64,000 nucleotides of DNA from IMG/VR virus record IMGVR_UViG_3300045988_171958, positions 96,001 through 160,000 of that record; one strand, written 5' to 3'. Shown here piece after piece: positions 61,780 to 64,000 of this stretch (position 1 is its first letter; each line of letters starts with the position of its first letter). The stretch comes from a virus. The notes under the pieces are model-generated. The model did not search any database. It had not been told where the DNA came from and saw nothing but the letters and a program-made list of their open reading frames with translations. The position numbers and the translations under genes were made by a program.

Positions 61780-62766
61780 ATGACTGAAGAACTTAGAAAG
61801 TGTGCAAGTTTGTTTGATATCGATATTTTCCTCTATAAAGATATGGAGCATGGAACATGTGGTGAGTACACAAATAGTTTCAATGTAATAGTTGAAAAGC
61901 ATTCAAACAGATTATTGAGTACTTGGTTAGATGATAAATATTCAGATATCAGTAAAGTAAAGGGTCTTATTTGTAAGCCTATCAATGAAGACAGTTACTT
62001 TAATCCAGTACATTATTTCTGGGAGTGTGCTGCAAAGATTGCAAGAGAGTATCATATTACTATTATCTATTCATTGAAGAAGAATGGATGCAAGTATATT
62101 GTAAATGATACATCAGATCCTGGTATGATGTATGACTTGATTCCAAAGCCAAGATTCTTCAATAATGTAATCAAGGTCAATGGAAGAAAGTATTGTCCTA
62201 TCCAGTATGATTTTGAATATATGGATAGCAATATGGATTTGCTTGACAAGCTTAAGATTAAGGTTTGTGGTCCTAAGATGCCAAAGATTTCAAAGGACTA
62301 CTATACATTCATGATGTCTGAATATTCTATTGACACATATATTGATGGATTGAAAGATGAGATTGAACGTTCTTATAAGAAGAAGGCAGATATCAGAACT
62401 AAAGCATACATGAAGCTTGCAAGTAAGTATGTAAATAGAATGATTGCTAATCCAGTATTTAATGTTTTGACAGATCAGGAGTTTGATGTTGCAAAGTTGA
62501 TGGTAGGTCTTGTTTATGTAAGTTTTGACAAGTTCCCATATACGGCAGCTAAGTCTGTTACCCCTATATATGAAACTGATGATGAATGGTACAATATCAT
62601 GAAAGAAGTAGATTGGCTTCTTGGATATGAGGTACCTGATACCGTAAATGACAAGTCTATTGCAAAGATTGTTGATACATTATCTGAATACAATAAAGAT
62701 AAAGAAGATGGTGGTCAGTCATGTTTTGACTATCTGAAAGATTGCCATTGGAGAAAAAATAAATAG
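61780..62766 (+). CDS. hypothetical protein
   Basis: 328-aa ORF. Confidence 0.7.
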   Translation: MTEELRKCASLFDIDIFLYKDMEHGTCGEYTNSFNVIVEKHSNRLLSTWLDDKYSDISKVKGLICKPINEDSYFNPVHYFWECAAKIAREYHITIIYSLKKNGCKYIVNDTSDPGMMYDLIPKPRFFNNVIKVNGRKYCPIQYDFEYMDSNMDLLDKLKIKVCGPKMPKISKDYYTFMMSEYSIDTYIDGLKDEIERSYKKKADIRTKAYMKLASKYVNRMIANPVFNVLTDQEFDVAKLMVGLVYVSFDKFPYTAAKSVTPIYETDDEWYNIMKEVDWLLGYEVPDTVNDKSIAKIVDTLSEYNKDKEDGGQSCFDYLKDCHWRKNK

Positions 62767-62773
62767 AAAAATG

Positions 62774-62809
62774 ATTGAAATTTTATTTGTTTATTCTATA
62801 TTATAATTG
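62774..62809 (+). promoter_or_regulatory. class-I consensus phage promoter (ATTG variant)
   Basis: attgaaattttatttgtttattctatatt with +20 geometry and G at +35. Confidence 0.65.
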
Positions 62810-62820
62810 TTAAAACATTA

Positions 62821-63174
62821 ATGATTATGATTATGAATACAAATAAAATTTCTTTCGATAAAGCAGTTGTAAATCTCTTGAATGGAGATACTTATCTTTT
62901 CAATTGCAAGTTTGATGATACTTCAACTGTTTTCACTATTGATGATGACGCTCTTACTATTAATCTTGCATTTTCAAAGAAAGATGAGAATGGTGAATAT
63001 AAGATTCTTGGTAACAAAGAAGTATCAATCTACAGTGTTGGAGGTACTCCTATATTTGACTTTGATGATGTAGAACGTATCATTGATGCTTACGATGATG
63101 GTGTAAATGAGTTCTTCAATTATGATACAGACAATGCCTATCTTGAAGATTTGGATTGTGAAGAAGTATACTAA
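62821..63174 (+). CDS. hypothetical protein; paralog of 58126..58476
   Basis: 117 aa. The start context is aATGATTATGATTATGAat. Confidence 0.65.
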   Translation: MIMIMNTNKISFDKAVVNLLNGDTYLFNCKFDDTSTVFTIDDDALTINLAFSKKDENGEYKILGNKEVSIYSVGGTPIFDFDDVERIIDAYDDGVNEFFNYDTDNAYLEDLDCEEVY

Positions 63175-63195
63175 TAATTTAAATGATTATAAACT

Positions 63196-63582
63196 ATGAG
63201 TAAGATGATTAATAAGAAGATGAAATTTGATGAGAAACCAATTCCAAAGGTAAATCAGACTTGCATGTTCTTTGATGATGGTAAGATTTCATATAGCAGA
63301 ATGTATCAAGCAACAGTAAAGCAAGTAATGGTATATGATGATGCACCTGATAAAGTCAAGAAGACTTTTGAACGTGAATCTAAAACCCACGATTGGATTT
63401 GGAACAATACAACTGACTATATTGTTGCTTGTGAAATCAAAGATTATGATAGGAATCTAATCTGGTTTGCTAGAACGGTAGATGGTGGATGGTTCAGTAT
63501 GGATGTTGATAAAGCATGGCAAGGTGGTCGCTTGGATATCGATGGTGAACTTGAAGATTATCTAGTAAGTTTGTTTGATTAA
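63196..63582 (+). CDS. hypothetical protein
   Basis: 128-aa ORF. Confidence 0.65.
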   Translation: MSKMINKKMKFDEKPIPKVNQTCMFFDDGKISYSRMYQATVKQVMVYDDAPDKVKKTFERESKTHDWIWNNTTDYIVACEIKDYDRNLIWFARTVDGGWFSMDVDKAWQGGRLDIDGELEDYLVSLFD

Positions 63583-63627
63583 AGAATTAAAATATAAATA
63601 CAAATATAAAATTAAATTATAAAAATC

Positions 63628-64000
63628 ATGGCACAGTCAAGTAATTCACAGTTTGCAGTACTTTCAAATGGTTTGATTATTAAGTTTTCAAATATTGTAG
63701 GAATTCAGCCTAATGCATCTAATAATGGTGAGTATTATGTACATACAGTAACATCTCAGTATTATAAGATTAATGTTAGTGATTATAATTATCTCAAGAA
63801 TTGTCTTTCTCGTTCAGAGTTCTATACATTTGTTAGTGGTTTGGTAGTAAGGAATGACTATGTAATCGGTATTCAGGCAACTGATAAAGATGGTGAGTAT
63901 TATGTACATACTACAACACCACAGTATTACAAAATCAATAAGTCTGATTATTGCCAATTTATTGGTGACAACTTTACATTCAATACTTCTGATCCAGTAG
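63628..64000 (+). CDS. protein with two SQYYK-type domains (runs off right edge)
   Basis: Manual translation MAQSSNSQFAVLSNGLIIKFSNIVGIQPNASNNGEYYVHTVTSQYYKINVSDYNYL...GLVVRNDYVIGIQATDKDGEYYVHTTTPQYYKINKSDY... stays open to the window end. Confidence 0.6.
   Translation, partial: MAQSSNSQFAVLSNGLIIKFSNIVGIQPNASNNGEYYVHTVTSQYYKINVSDYNYLKNCLSRSEFYTFVSGLVVRNDYVIGIQATDKDGEYYVHTTTPQYYKINKSDYCQFIGDNFTFNTSDPV

Overview
This window is a densely coded, strongly AT-rich stretch of a large dsDNA phage genome (roughly 70% A+T by eye, not computed). I support about 90 protein-coding genes. I recognised no rRNA, tRNA, CRISPR array, integrase or transposase.

Layout:
- Minus-strand virion and tail blocks lie at 1-1409, 6569-13244 and 43086-49375.
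- These alternate with long plus-strand runs of small early-type genes and replication or nucleotide-metabolism genes.

Recognisable products:
- Replication: an AEP primase fused to an SF2 helicase, the C-terminal half only of a family-B DNA polymerase, and a UvsW-like SF2 helicase.
- Nucleotide metabolism: dUTPase, a gp1-like dNMP kinase, NDK and a Nudix hydrolase.
- RNA repair: an Rnl2/Rnl5-like RNA ligase, a HAD phosphatase and RtcB.
- Others: a sigma-70-family factor, a CHAP+GH24 lysin, a papain-like peptidase, two Vsr-like homing endonucleases, and fibre and LRR tail proteins.

Shine-Dalgarno sequences are essentially absent, and the promoters have a TTTG upstream box. Both fit a Bacteroidota-type host, but that is inference.

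Main hunting results:
1. At least 10 otherwise unrelated proteins, including the sigma factor and NDK, start with the decapeptide M-K-x-L-x-E-[FY]-h-x-E. This resembles the T4 capsid-targeting sequence and its prohead-protease cleavage site, so they may be packaged and injected proteins.
2. An extremely conserved 36-nt promoter occurs in 18 copies, all on the plus strand. A second class has a spacer 2 bp longer and sits in front of replication genes.
3. A GC-rich repeat of about 100 nt with 11-nt inverted arms occurs in 4 copies, all intergenic.
4. Regulatory cassettes are repeated in a PeSL-like manner, and one gene is flanked by direct repeats.
5. The PolB gene is split or truncated.

Everything comes from reading the sequence and the ORF track. 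No searches or computations were run.
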